Source of the DNA: an uncultured Ralstonia sp.
GTDB taxonomy: Bacteria; Pseudomonadota; Gammaproteobacteria; Burkholderiales; Burkholderiaceae
DNA length: 64,000 bases
NCBI GenBank assembly: GCA_966433195.1
Contig: CBJMVH010000021.1
Location: 1,259-65,258 of the forward strand
Reading direction: 5' to 3'
Under the pieces are notes generated by a model, which was not told where the DNA came from, ran no database searches, and saw only the letters and a program-made list of their open reading frames with translations. Every line of letters begins with the position of its first letter. The stretch's first letter is position 1. This document shows positions 46,759-57,098 of this stretch, in pieces. Both the position numbers and the translations under genes were made by a program.

Positions 46759-49700
46759 TTGGCAAACAATCGTATCAGTATCCTTGTCGCGCTCGACGGC
46801 GCCGACGAGGGGCTCAAACGCGCCATTACGTCGGCCGAGCGCAGCCTCGGCGAACTTGCCGCCACCGCCAAGACTGCAGGCGACAAAGCCACCACAGGTC
46901 TCGCTCAGATCAAGGCCGGCGTCGCCGCCTTCAGCGAGCAGGTCGCCACGGCCAGGACGCAGGTGCTGGCCTTCCTGTCGATCAACTGGGTCGTCGGCAA
47001 AGCCCAGGAGATCATTCAGGTCGCCGACGCCTGGAACATGATGACCGCGCGCCTGAAGCTGGCCACCGCCGGCCAGCGCGAGTTCACCGCCGCGCAGACG
47101 GCACTGTTCGACACCGCCCAGCGCGTTGGCGTACCGCTTCAGGAGACCGCCACGCTGTACGGCAAGCTGCAGCAGGCGGTGCGCATGCTGGGTGGCGAGC
47201 AGAAGGAGGCGCTCACCCTTACTGAGAGCATCTCGCAGGCGCTGCGCATCTCCGGCGCCTCGGCCAACGAGACGCAATCGGCGCTGCTGCAATTCGGTCA
47301 AGCCCTGTCGGCGGGGGTGTTGCGCGGCGAGGAGTTCAACTCGGTCGTCGACAACAGCCCGAGGCTGGCGCAGGCCCTTGCCGATGGACTCAACGTACCC
47401 ATCGGGCGCCTGCGCAAGATGGCGGAAGAGGGCAGGCTGACCGCCGATGTCGTCGTCAATGCGCTGCTGTCCCAGAAGGACAAGCTTGCCGCCGAGTACG
47501 CGCAGATGCCGGCCACCGTCAGCCAGTCCTTCGAGCGGCTGCGCAACGCCTTCGGGCAGACCATCAACCGGATCGATCAGGCCACCGGCTTGACGGCCAA
47601 GCTGACCACAGCGTTGACTTGGCTCGCGCAGAACCTCGACGTGGTGATGCAGTGGCTCAAGCGCATCGCCGAAGTCGGCCTAGCCGTGCTCGTCTACCGG
47701 CTGATCCCAGCGTTGATTACCGCATGGCAGACCGCAGGCGCTGCCGCCGTCACGGCCGCCAGTACCACTTCGGCGGCCTGGGCCACGGCCAACCTGTCGG
47801 TGTCGGCCGCCATCGCGAACGTCGGGCTGCTGCGGACCAGCTTCGCCACGCTGGGGGCCTTCTTGGTCGGCTGGGAGATCGGCACGTGGCTGTCGGAGCA
47901 GTTCGAGATCGTGCGCCGCGCCGGTATTTTCATGGTTCAGGTGCTGATCCGCTCCGTCGAGGAACTGCGTTTTCGCTGGGAGGCGTTCGCCGCCATCTTC
48001 ACCTCTGACACCATTGCTGAGGCGACCAGGCGGCACCAGGCGCGGCTCTCCGAGATGAACGCGATCTTCACGCAGATGTACGCCGACGCCAGCCGGGGCG
48101 CCGATGCGGCCAAGGGCGCCATGGATACCGCTGCCGGCGCCGCCGAGGAGATTGCCCGCCGCCTGGAGGCGGTTCGCCAGGGCACACAGGAAGCGGTCGG
48201 GCGTGGCGTTGAGGCGGTCCACACGGCGCTGGAGAAACTCAAATCCCGGCTCGGCGAGGTCGAGTCGGCGGTTTCCAAGGCCAGCCAGACCGTGAGCGAC
48301 TCGACTGCCAAGATGGCTGAGGCGTACAAGGGACTCACTTCCATCGCGGAGGGTCACCTGCAGCGTCAGATCGAGGCGGTCAAGGCGCGCTATCAGCAGG
48401 AACAGGCGGCGCTCGACGTCTCGGCCCAAGCGCAGGCCGCGCAGATTGCCAAGTCGACGCAGTTGCTGACCGATGCCTTGACCCGGCAGACCGCGCTACG
48501 TCGGCAGGCCACGACTGATACGCTGAAGCTGGTCGACGACGAGTCCCGCGCCCGCGTCGACGCCGCAGCGCGCGACGGCAAGACCGATGCCGAACGCGCG
48601 GCCAACGTCCAGCGCGTCGAGAACGAGATCCTGGCCACCCGGCGCCAGACGCTGACGCAGGCAGCATCCGAATATCGCCAGCATATCGACGCACTCAACG
48701 CCGAAGCCAACCGGCACTTGGTCGAGATCCGGCGCATCGAGGACGAGAAGCGTCAGTTGTCGATGACGACGGAAGAGCGCATCCGCGACATCCGCCGTCA
48801 GGGAATGACGGACTTCGAGGCGCTGGAGGACCGCAAGCGCCAGATCGCTGAATACCAATCGAGTGCCCGCGCTGCGCTGGCCGATGGTGAATTCGATCAG
48901 GCCCGTCAACGTGCCACCAAGGCGATGGACCTGGCCGCACAGGTGGCGAGTGCGCAATCCAGCGAAGCCAAGCGCGTGGAGGATGCACGCCGGCAGTCAG
49001 AGCAAGCGGCGTCTCAGGTTGCCGAGATCGAGGCGCAGGCGCGTGAGGCCAGGGGCCGGCAGGAATATGCGCAGGCCGAGGCGCTCACGCGCCAGGCGGA
49101 CGAACTGCGCGCGCAATCGGCACAAAGGTCGGCGGACGCCGACGCGCAGGCCCTGCAGGGCAAGGCCGCCGTCAATGAGGCCATCGGCCGCATCCGCGAG
49201 TCGGAGGCAATTCTCAACCAGACGCTGGATGCACAAGCTCAGGCGCACCAGCGTGCCGCGCAGTCGGCGGTATCGGCCCGGCAGGGTATCCAGCAGACGC
49301 TGGCCCAGACCGACAACCAGATCGACCAGATCACGGCCAAACTGCAGGAGGGCCTGAAGGTCACCATCGATGCCGACACCCAGCGTTTCGACAAGGCCAT
49401 CGCCGATCTGGACAAGGCCTTGGCCGAGCGGGAACGGCTGGTGGTCATCAAGGCCGATCTGGAGCAGGCCGAGAAGACGCTGCAGGACTATGAGCAGCGG
49501 TTGAAGGACGGCAGGACCCTGCCGGTCGATGCCGACGTGTCGAAGGCCACTGCTGCCCTGGATAGGCTCAACGCCTATGCCATGGAAACCTCGCAGCTTG
49601 AACTGAAGGTGGCCACCGAGAAGGCTCAGGCCGCGATTTCCAACGTCAGCAACCAGATCGCGGCCCTGGATCGCGTCCAGACCGAGTCGCGGCACCTGGT

Positions 49701-50859
49701 CGCCAGCAACGTCGACGCCGTGCGTGCCGAAGTGCAGAGCTTGAACGGCATGAATACCTCAAGCACACACACCATTGCTGTACGCAGGGTGGAGGCGAAT
49801 GCTACGGGCGGGCTGGTCGGTGGAGGCGTGCGGCAGTTCGCCGATGGCGGACCGGTCTCGCCTGCCTTCCCGCGTATGCGTGGCGGCTCGGTGCCGGGTA
49901 CGGGCGATCAGGACACGGTGCCGCGCACGCTCGATGCCGGCGCCTTCGTGATCCGCAAGGCCGCCGTGCGCAAGTACGGCGCAGGCACACTCGCACAGAT
50001 CGCCAACGAGGTCGCCCGCTTCGCCACGGGCGGGACGGTGCAGTTCGGTGGACGTGGTAGCAGCCAGTCGAGTGGATCGAAACGCAACCGCGATGTGGTC
50101 GAGGCTCGCAAGATGATCGAACTCGGCTTGCAAGGCATGAGCGACTACACCTCGTGGGCGCAGCACAACGGCGGTGCCTGGGTCAGTTCGGACATGCGCT
50201 CGCGCACGATGACGAACTATGGCCGGCAGGCCGAACGCGACCGGCAGGCGCTCGATGCTCTGGCTGAGCGCAAGCAGCTGACCGCCGCCGAGCGGCAGAC
50301 CATCGAGCGCGTCAAGCAGAACTGGCGCCAAGCGATGGCGCAGCCCATGCTGTGGGGCAAGGATCTGGAACGCGACCTGCTCGACTACATGGAGCAGCAC
50401 CAGGGCGAGTTCTACCGCGATGGTGGTGTGGCGCCGTCCGACACGGTGCCCGCCATGCTGACGCCCGGCGAGTACGTAGTGAACCGGCAGGCGGTCGCAC
50501 GCCACGGCGTGGCGTTCTTCGATGCCATCAACAACCTCGCATTGCCGGCCCGCGCGCTGGCAAGCAAGGTCCGGGGCTACGCCACGGGCGGGCTCGTGCA
50601 GCCGCTGGCGGGCATGGCGGCAAGGGCGTCGCAAGCCGCTCAGCGCTGGCCGACCGCCGACTTGGGCGCGGCGGTCACACAAGCCCTAGCCACCGCGATG
50701 CGTGTGCCGGCACCGGCCTACGCGGCGGATGTTGCGCCTGCCCGCACGATCCGCGTGGAGCTTGCCTCCGGCGGTCGGACGGTCGCCGCCACCATCGACG
50801 CCCGCGACGAAGCGCGCCTGCTCGAACTCCTGAAGGACGCCCAATCCCGGGCGCTGTGA
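46759..50859 (+). CDS. Tape measure protein
   Basis: 1366 aa, Ala/Gln-rich; QFGQALSAGVLRGEEFNSV tape-measure N motif; C-terminal FA.GG repeats and DTVPAMLTPGEYV. Confidence 0.93.
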   Translation: MANNRISILVALDGADEGLKRAITSAERSLGELAATAKTAGDKATTGLAQIKAGVAAFSEQVATARTQVLAFLSINWVVGKAQEIIQVADAWNMMTARLKLATAGQREFTAAQTALFDTAQRVGVPLQETATLYGKLQQAVRMLGGEQKEALTLTESISQALRISGASANETQSALLQFGQALSAGVLRGEEFNSVVDNSPRLAQALADGLNVPIGRLRKMAEEGRLTADVVVNALLSQKDKLAAEYAQMPATVSQSFERLRNAFGQTINRIDQATGLTAKLTTALTWLAQNLDVVMQWLKRIAEVGLAVLVYRLIPALITAWQTAGAAAVTAASTTSAAWATANLSVSAAIANVGLLRTSFATLGAFLVGWEIGTWLSEQFEIVRRAGIFMVQVLIRSVEELRFRWEAFAAIFTSDTIAEATRRHQARLSEMNAIFTQMYADASRGADAAKGAMDTAAGAAEEIARRLEAVRQGTQEAVGRGVEAVHTALEKLKSRLGEVESAVSKASQTVSDSTAKMAEAYKGLTSIAEGHLQRQIEAVKARYQQEQAALDVSAQAQAAQIAKSTQLLTDALTRQTALRRQATTDTLKLVDDESRARVDAAARDGKTDAERAANVQRVENEILATRRQTLTQAASEYRQHIDALNAEANRHLVEIRRIEDEKRQLSMTTEERIRDIRRQGMTDFEALEDRKRQIAEYQSSARAALADGEFDQARQRATKAMDLAAQVASAQSSEAKRVEDARRQSEQAASQVAEIEAQAREARGRQEYAQAEALTRQADELRAQSAQRSADADAQALQGKAAVNEAIGRIRESEAILNQTLDAQAQAHQRAAQSAVSARQGIQQTLAQTDNQIDQITAKLQEGLKVTIDADTQRFDKAIADLDKALAERERLVVIKADLEQAEKTLQDYEQRLKDGRTLPVDADVSKATAALDRLNAYAMETSQLELKVATEKAQAAISNVSNQIAALDRVQTESRHLVASNVDAVRAEVQSLNGMNTSSTHTIAVRRVEANATGGLVGGGVRQFADGGPVSPAFPRMRGGSVPGTGDQDTVPRTLDAGAFVIRKAAVRKYGAGTLAQIANEVARFATGGTVQFGGRGSSQSSGSKRNRDVVEARKMIELGLQGMSDYTSWAQHNGGAWVSSDMRSRTMTNYGRQAERDRQALDALAERKQLTAAERQTIERVKQNWRQAMAQPMLWGKDLERDLLDYMEQHQGEFYRDGGVAPSDTVPAMLTPGEYVVNRQAVARHGVAFFDAINNLALPARALASKVRGYATGGLVQPLAGMAARASQAAQRWPTADLGAAVTQALATAMRVPAPAYAADVAPARTIRVELASGGRTVAATIDARDEARLLELLKDAQSRAL

Positions 50860-50864
50860 TCCCG

Positions 50865-51260
50865 ATGCAATTGAAGAACCTGGCGGACAACGCGGTCCTC
50901 GCGCTGCCCGACGACCTGCTTTGGTCTGACGAACACGCCTGGACACCTGCCGTGGCGGCGGTGTCGTACCTGCTGACCGGCGCGCTGCTCGTCGAGTCTG
51001 CCTCCCGCCAAAAAGGGCGCCCGATCACCCTGGTGGGCGCCGCCGACATGGCCTGGGTGACTCGGGCGACAGTGAACACGCTGTACGCCTGGGCGGCGAC
51101 GCCCGGCCGCCGGTTCGACCTGACGCACACCGATGGCCGCGTCTTCACCGTCGCCTTCCGGCATCACGAGACCGCCATTGAGGCCGAGCCGGTGGCGGGC
51201 TTTCCGGCACGGCGCGAGGGCGACTTCTATCGGTTGACCGTTCGCTTCATGGAAGTGTGA
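50865..51260 (+). CDS. Distal tail-region protein
   Basis: LPDDLLWSDEHAW...GRPITL; directly after the tape measure. Confidence 0.7.
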   Translation: MQLKNLADNAVLALPDDLLWSDEHAWTPAVAAVSYLLTGALLVESASRQKGRPITLVGAADMAWVTRATVNTLYAWAATPGRRFDLTHTDGRVFTVAFRHHETAIEAEPVAGFPARREGDFYRLTVRFMEV

Positions 51261-51819
51261 AGGTGATTGCCTTCTTTGGGTCGTCCGTCCAGCAACTGCT
51301 GATGTTTTTGGCTTTGCAGCGCTCATAGGCTTTCTGGCCAAGCAGCTCGCGCGTCTTGAGCAGATTCTTCTCGGTCACGTTGTCGCCGCGCACAGTGTTG
51401 TCGCGCCAGCCGCAGAAGTACACCTTGGACGCTTCCTCCACATCGCGCCGGAACCGCACGACATCCTGCGGACGCACCGAATGGTTGGCGGGAACCGAAG
51501 CCGGGATGTGTCCGGAGAACGTTTCGAAGAACGCCTTGGGCGAGAACGGATGCTCGGGGTCGTACTCGAGACCGAGGGCGGCGCACAGCGCCTTGTAGTC
51601 GTCGCCGCTCATGCGTGGGTTGATCTCGAAGCCTCGTTCGACCGTCACCTCGAACGCCACGTTGTAGCCCCGCGCGCCGAACAGCAGCAGATACGGCGAC
51701 CCGTCGACGAAGAAATACACATCAAAGCTGACGCGCCCGTGCCGGTAGTCGAACCGGATGCGCTCCAACTGTTTTGCCCGCATGTCTTTGTACAGCGGCA
51801 CCAGCCCGTCCAACTTCAT
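51247..51819 (-). CDS. DUF6037-like protein (moron)
   Basis: MKLDGLVPLYKDMR...FFVDGSPYLLLFG...NISSCWTDD; antisense to tail genes; RBS GGAG(G). Confidence 0.68.
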   Translation of the reverse strand: MKLDGLVPLYKDMRAKQLERIRFDYRHGRVSFDVYFFVDGSPYLLLFGARGYNVAFEVTVERGFEINPRMSGDDYKALCAALGLEYDPEHPFSPKAFFETFSGHIPASVPANHSVRPQDVVRFRRDVEEASKVYFCGWRDNTVRGDNVTEKNLLKTRELLGQKAYERCKAKNISSCWTDDPKKAITFTLP

Positions 51820-51848
51820 TGTTACCTCCAGAGGGAAATGCAACCAGA

Positions 51849-54800
51849 ATGGCAATTCTGAAAGGGGATATCAAACTTCTCGCTGCCGAACGCCTGCTCG
51901 ACACGCCCGATGGCGGCGGCCGGATGACGGGCCATGTCGTGGTGGACGGCCAGTCGAACAATTTGTTCCCCGACATCTCGGAACTCGACCGTACTTACGG
52001 CCGCGTGTTGCTGCGCAAGTCCTTTGTCGGTGTCCTGACCGATTCGACCGACGCCTACTACGGGGCACACGCCATCCTCGCCGATACACCTGCCGACCCC
52101 CGTGTGTCGGTCACGCTGTTCACCACCAAGTCGTGGACCGACCGGCGCGATGCCGCGAAGGACCGCATCGAGCGATACCTGGCGCGCGGCGTCAAATGGC
52201 CCGGCCAGTTGCTGGAGCGACAACTCACCGGCCAGCGCGCTGTGACCTTGATGCTCAAGCCCGCCGATCCGCTGCCGCGTGTGGGTCAGGCGCTCGTGCT
52301 GGTCCAGGACGAGGCCAAGCCCACCGAGATCGAGCAGTACGTGCGCATCACCCGGATCACCACAACAGAGCGTGAATTCACGGTGAGCGAGGGCGGTGGC
52401 ACCGTCAAGTTTGTCGGCGTGGTGGCGACCTGCGAGATCTCCGATCCGCTGCGCCATGACTTCGAAGGGCCGGCGCCTTCCAACCGCGACGATGTCTCAG
52501 CCAGAGCCGTCGTGCGGGACACCGTGGTCGCCAACGCGGCCGTCTACTATGGCATCGCCCCGACCGTGGCCGAGGCCCGGGTGGGCGACGTGCGTGTGCA
52601 GGTGCCGGGCCTCTTCGGGCAGCTTGTGCCCTCGGCGCAATCGGAGACGCCCCTGGTGGACCTGAACGCCGCAGGCCAGTCGGTGCCATTGCTGGAAAGC
52701 GGCAACGGTGTGCTGACCACCACCGTCAACGGCCAGGTCGCCAGCGGCCGGAACCTGTACCTGGGCAATCCACTGATGCCCGGCAGCCTGCGCATCAACG
52801 GCGCCGGCTACGAATTCACCGACACTGCGGGGCAGCTTAAATCCGGCGCCACCGTGATCGGCACGGTCGACTACGCACGAGGGGTGGTGGCCTTCACGGA
52901 CGGCACGCCGGGGTATGGAGGCACCTTCCAGGTCAGCTTTCGGCCGGCGGGCGCACCTCTGCGCGTGGCCGACACCGCCGCCATCGCCGTCGCCCAGGAG
53001 AACCGGGGCTACGCCTACACCATCACCCTGTCGCCGCCACCCAAACCGGGGGCGCTCGTCGTCTCCTACATGGCACAGGGTAAGTGGTACGACCTGCGCG
53101 ACCAGGGCGACGGTGCGATCCGGGGAACCGATTCCTCCTTCGGAGCGGGCACGCTCGACTATGTGAGCGGCTCGGTGATCCTCACGACCGGAGCGCTACC
53201 GGATGCCAACACGGCGATCCTGTTCTCCTGGGGCAGCGGGGCGAGCTACTTCAATCGTGTCGCGGCACCGGTGGAACCCCCAACCGTGCGGCACACGGTA
53301 CAACATCCCGGCATCGCGCCAGGCTCGCTGTGCATCACGTGGACAGACGGCGATCGCAAGCGCCAGGCCATCGACGACGGACACGGCAGGATTACGGGGG
53401 ATGGGTCGGGAACCGTGCGCTATGCGCGCGGCGAACTGGTGTTCCGTCCCGGCACACTGCCCGCCGGTGGCGCGGAACTGATCATCGACTACGAATGGGG
53501 GCCGCCGCAGGAGGCCAGCTTTGCGCATCCGCTGCGCAACGCCGATGGCACCGTCACGGTCAGGCTGCCACAGACTGACATCCACCCGAACACGGTCGAA
53601 CTCGAATTCAACCTGCTGATCGAGAACTACGCGGCGATCTCGGGCACGCCCGCCGAGATGCAGGTGGTGCAGCGCGTCGATCCGATTAAGATCGCCCGCG
53701 ATACCGGCGCCGGGGCGTTCGACAGCGCGGTGGCCGGGCAGATCGACTATGCCACGGGCGCCATTACCTTCCGGCCCGATACCACGGTCAGCATTCCTTT
53801 CGCACGATACAGGGTGCAGCAGCTTGGCTGGACCGTGGAGGGCAACGAGCGCCGTCCGGTCTACCGCAATACCTTCAGCCATTGGGAGTACAAGCCGGCC
53901 GGAGCATCGATGCCCATCGACGAGTCGGGGCGCGTCTTGGTGCGCTACCGCGCCGCCGACACGGCGAACGCGGCTACCGAGACGGTGACGCTCGCCCAAT
54001 TGGAGGTGGATCTCACCGACCGCTACGCCGAGAACATTGTGCCCGGCAGCGTGCGCTTCGCGCTGGGCGGCAAGCTCTACGTGGACCGGCTCGGAACGCT
54101 GGTCACCGACATCAATGCCAACACCGGGGCGGGCACGCTGGCGGGCACCATCGACTACGCCTCGGGCCGGGCGCTGATCTCCGTCTGGCAGCCGGGCGCA
54201 GGTAACGTGGTGTCGGTGCAGTCGCTGCTGACCGAACTGGGTGGCCAGCCGGTCGACGAGGTGACCTTTCGCGTGCCGGCAGCGCCGGTCCGGCCCGGCA
54301 GCCTGCAGATCCGTGCCGTGCCGCTCACGGGCGGCCAGGTCACGGCGACGGCCAACGCGGATGGCACCATCGCCGCCGCCGGCGTACTCGGCACGGTGGA
54401 CTTTCAGACCGGCGTGGTGCGCGTGCGGTTCGGACGCCTTGTGCCCGCAGCCGGGCGGGAGAACGAGATCTGGTACAGCGCCGACGCCGTGCGCAACGGC
54501 CAGATCTTCCAGCCGCTGCCGGTGCTGGCCGACACGCTGCGCTTCAATGCGGTGGCCTATACGTACCTACCGCTGTCGGCGGACGTGCTCGGGCTCGATC
54601 CCGTGCGCTTGCCGCTCGACGGGCGGGTGCCGATTTTTCGGCCGGGGGACGTGGCCGTGGTGCACCACACCGCGACCACACCGTTTCCCGACAATGCCCG
54701 CGCGGGCGACACGCTGGACGTCGGCCGTGTACGCCTGTCCGCGCTTCGCGTACTCGATGCCGATGGCAAGACGGTGCCCGCCGATATGTACGTCACGGAC

Positions 54801-55439
54801 CTCGACGCAGGCACGGTGGCGCTTAAGCGAATGCCGGACGGCCTCGCGCTGCCGCTGGTGGCCGAGCACCGCATCGAGGACATGGGCCTGGTCTCGGACA
54901 CGCAGATCAACGGCGTGCTGACGCTCACACGGCCGCTCACACACGACTATCCCGCGCGCACCTCGCGGGTGTCGTCGGCGCTGATCATCGGCGATCTGCA
55001 GGCGCGCGCCCACACGCTGTTCGCGCAGCAGACCTGGACGGGCGAGTGGCGCGACACCCGGATCGGCGCCAACACCATCGCGCAGTACAACGAGACGGTG
55101 TACCCGGTCGAGGTCACCAATCGCGGTGCGATCGAGGAGCGCTGGGCGCTGATTTTTACCAACACCAACGAGTTCCGCGTGATCGGCGAGTCGGTCGGCC
55201 AGATCGCCATCGGCAACACCGCCGCTGACCTGGCGCCCGTCAATCCCGATACGCACGCTCCGTATTTCACCTTGCGCGCGGGTGGCTGGGGCTCGGGCTG
55301 GGCTGCCGGCAACGTGCTTCGTTTTGCCACGGCGGCGGCCAATTTCCCCGTCTGGATTGCGCGCACCGTGCTGCAGGGGCCGGCAACCCAGGCGAGCGAT
55401 TCCTTCCAGATTCAGATTCGCGGCGATATCGACAGATAG
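51849..55439 (+). CDS. Large tail/baseplate structural protein with internal repeats
   Basis: DIKLLAAERLLDTPDGGGRM...NNLFPDISELDR; repeated G(T/Q)(I/V/L)D(Y/F)..G modules. Confidence 0.75.
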   Translation: MAILKGDIKLLAAERLLDTPDGGGRMTGHVVVDGQSNNLFPDISELDRTYGRVLLRKSFVGVLTDSTDAYYGAHAILADTPADPRVSVTLFTTKSWTDRRDAAKDRIERYLARGVKWPGQLLERQLTGQRAVTLMLKPADPLPRVGQALVLVQDEAKPTEIEQYVRITRITTTEREFTVSEGGGTVKFVGVVATCEISDPLRHDFEGPAPSNRDDVSARAVVRDTVVANAAVYYGIAPTVAEARVGDVRVQVPGLFGQLVPSAQSETPLVDLNAAGQSVPLLESGNGVLTTTVNGQVASGRNLYLGNPLMPGSLRINGAGYEFTDTAGQLKSGATVIGTVDYARGVVAFTDGTPGYGGTFQVSFRPAGAPLRVADTAAIAVAQENRGYAYTITLSPPPKPGALVVSYMAQGKWYDLRDQGDGAIRGTDSSFGAGTLDYVSGSVILTTGALPDANTAILFSWGSGASYFNRVAAPVEPPTVRHTVQHPGIAPGSLCITWTDGDRKRQAIDDGHGRITGDGSGTVRYARGELVFRPGTLPAGGAELIIDYEWGPPQEASFAHPLRNADGTVTVRLPQTDIHPNTVELEFNLLIENYAAISGTPAEMQVVQRVDPIKIARDTGAGAFDSAVAGQIDYATGAITFRPDTTVSIPFARYRVQQLGWTVEGNERRPVYRNTFSHWEYKPAGASMPIDESGRVLVRYRAADTANAATETVTLAQLEVDLTDRYAENIVPGSVRFALGGKLYVDRLGTLVTDINANTGAGTLAGTIDYASGRALISVWQPGAGNVVSVQSLLTELGGQPVDEVTFRVPAAPVRPGSLQIRAVPLTGGQVTATANADGTIAAAGVLGTVDFQTGVVRVRFGRLVPAAGRENEIWYSADAVRNGQIFQPLPVLADTLRFNAVAYTYLPLSADVLGLDPVRLPLDGRVPIFRPGDVAVVHHTATTPFPDNARAGDTLDVGRVRLSALRVLDADGKTVPADMYVTDLDAGTVALKRMPDGLALPLVAEHRIEDMGLVSDTQINGVLTLTRPLTHDYPARTSRVSSALIIGDLQARAHTLFAQQTWTGEWRDTRIGANTIAQYNETVYPVEVTNRGAIEERWALIFTNTNEFRVIGESVGQIAIGNTAADLAPVNPDTHAPYFTLRAGGWGSGWAAGNVLRFATAAANFPVWIARTVLQGPATQASDSFQIQIRGDIDR

Positions 55440-56612
55440 ATGACCATCAAGTTGTTCCAATCCAATCAGACAGGCGCGCCGCAATTGAGCGGCCAGCCCG
55501 GCACCAGCCCCCTGATCGCCGTGCTCAACGCGTGCCTTGTCAATGGCTTCAACCTGCGCACACTCACCTCGATCACGCGCGAGGGGACGGTCGCCACCGC
55601 CACGGCGGACGCCGGCCACGGCCTGCGCGAGTACGACATCGTGCTGATCGCCGGAGCGAACGAGGCCGCCTACAACGGCGAGCATCGCATTCGCAACGTC
55701 ACGACCAATACGTTCCAGTTTGACGTGACCGGTGAGCCGGCCACGCCCGCGACAGGGACCATCACGGCCAAGGTCGCCCCGCTTGGCTGGGAGTCGCCCT
55801 TCACGGGCGAGAACAAGGCTGCCTATCGGTCTCGCGATGTGACCGGCAACCGCCTGTTCCTGCGCATCGACGAGACGCCGCTGGCCGGCGACGGCAACTA
55901 CGGGCGCGGTTCGCGTACGGTCTTGGCGCAGATGTGGGAAGTGCTCAACGACATCGACAACGGGACAGGCAAGTCCGAGACGTGGTGGCGCAAGGCGCAG
56001 AACGACAACGCGACGACGCGGCCCTGGGTATTGGTGGGTGACAGCAAACGCTTCTGGCTGGCGGTGAACTGGAGTGAGAGTTACCCGAACCGCTACGTGC
56101 CATATTTCTTTGGAGACTTCCCGTCGTTCAAGGCGGGAGACGCCTATGGTGCGTTGATCGCCGGCTACTACGATCTTGGCTACAACTGGAACGAGCCTGC
56201 CTACAACGAGGTGACCGACAACGTGTACTCCGTTGGCTCCGGTGTGGGCTATACAGGCATCTGGTTGGCGCGTGGCTACTCGCAACTGGGTGGGCGCATT
56301 AACGCGCAATGGGTCAGTGCGCCAGCGCCCGCTGGGAGCACGGGCCTTGGGGCGACTGCGGTTCCCTATCCGAACCCCGCCGACAACGGCATCTATGTGA
56401 TGCCGCTGATGATCCAGGAACAAACCGGCCCATCGTTACGTGGACGCCTGCCGGGATTGCTGTGTCCTCTGCAGACAATTCCGGCGCCAGAGCCGTGGCG
56501 TTTTCCAGGTTTTGTCATCGATGGGACGCAGCGGGAACTGCTCGTTGTTGGAGGCTGTGCCAGTGGCGGCAACGCGCGCCTGGCCTTCGACCTGACCGGT
56601 CCGTGGGACTGA
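55440..56612 (+). CDS. Putative tail fibre/receptor-binding protein
   Basis: GAPQLSG...LNACLVNGF...GWE..F N-terminal pattern; aromatic-rich C-terminal part. Confidence 0.65.
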   Translation: MTIKLFQSNQTGAPQLSGQPGTSPLIAVLNACLVNGFNLRTLTSITREGTVATATADAGHGLREYDIVLIAGANEAAYNGEHRIRNVTTNTFQFDVTGEPATPATGTITAKVAPLGWESPFTGENKAAYRSRDVTGNRLFLRIDETPLAGDGNYGRGSRTVLAQMWEVLNDIDNGTGKSETWWRKAQNDNATTRPWVLVGDSKRFWLAVNWSESYPNRYVPYFFGDFPSFKAGDAYGALIAGYYDLGYNWNEPAYNEVTDNVYSVGSGVGYTGIWLARGYSQLGGRINAQWVSAPAPAGSTGLGATAVPYPNPADNGIYVMPLMIQEQTGPSLRGRLPGLLCPLQTIPAPEPWRFPGFVIDGTQRELLVVGGCASGGNARLAFDLTGPWD

Positions 56613-56615
56613 TCC

Positions 56616-57098
56616 ATGGCCGGCGAAATCCCGAAGGTGGTCGGCGCCCCCAGTCGGGTTGCCCCGGGCGCTGTCGCGGGCGTGCCGTCCCGGTACGTTC
56701 TCTATAACGCGGTGCTCTATCAGGCCGGGACCGACGCAGGGCCGTTGAGTCCGCAAGTGCGGGAAGGCCCGGCTTCCAGCGTGTCTGCCCCGCATGAGGG
56801 CGTCTCGCCGACCCGCCACGGCGAACTGCCGTCCTCGCGTCCCCGCGACTTCTGGGGCAATGGTCGTGTCCAGGGCAAGGTCAGCATCGAAGGTACGCCC
56901 GCCGCGCGCAAGGTGCGCCTGTTCGACGTGCTGACCGGGCTGCTGATCGCCGAGGCCTGGTCGCGCAAGGATGGCTTCTATCGGTTCGATTTCCTCGACA
57001 CCGACCGCGACTACTTCGTGCTGGCACACGACCACGTGCGGCAATTCAACGCCGTCATCGCCGACTGGGTGCGGGCCGAACCCACCGTCTACCCATGA
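56616..57098 (+). CDS. Tail-associated protein
   Basis: C-terminal KVRLFD..TG.LIAEAWS..DG.YRF beta-sandwich-like segment. Confidence 0.6.
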   Translation: MAGEIPKVVGAPSRVAPGAVAGVPSRYVLYNAVLYQAGTDAGPLSPQVREGPASSVSAPHEGVSPTRHGELPSSRPRDFWGNGRVQGKVSIEGTPAARKVRLFDVLTGLLIAEAWSRKDGFYRFDFLDTDRDYFVLAHDHVRQFNAVIADWVRAEPTVYP

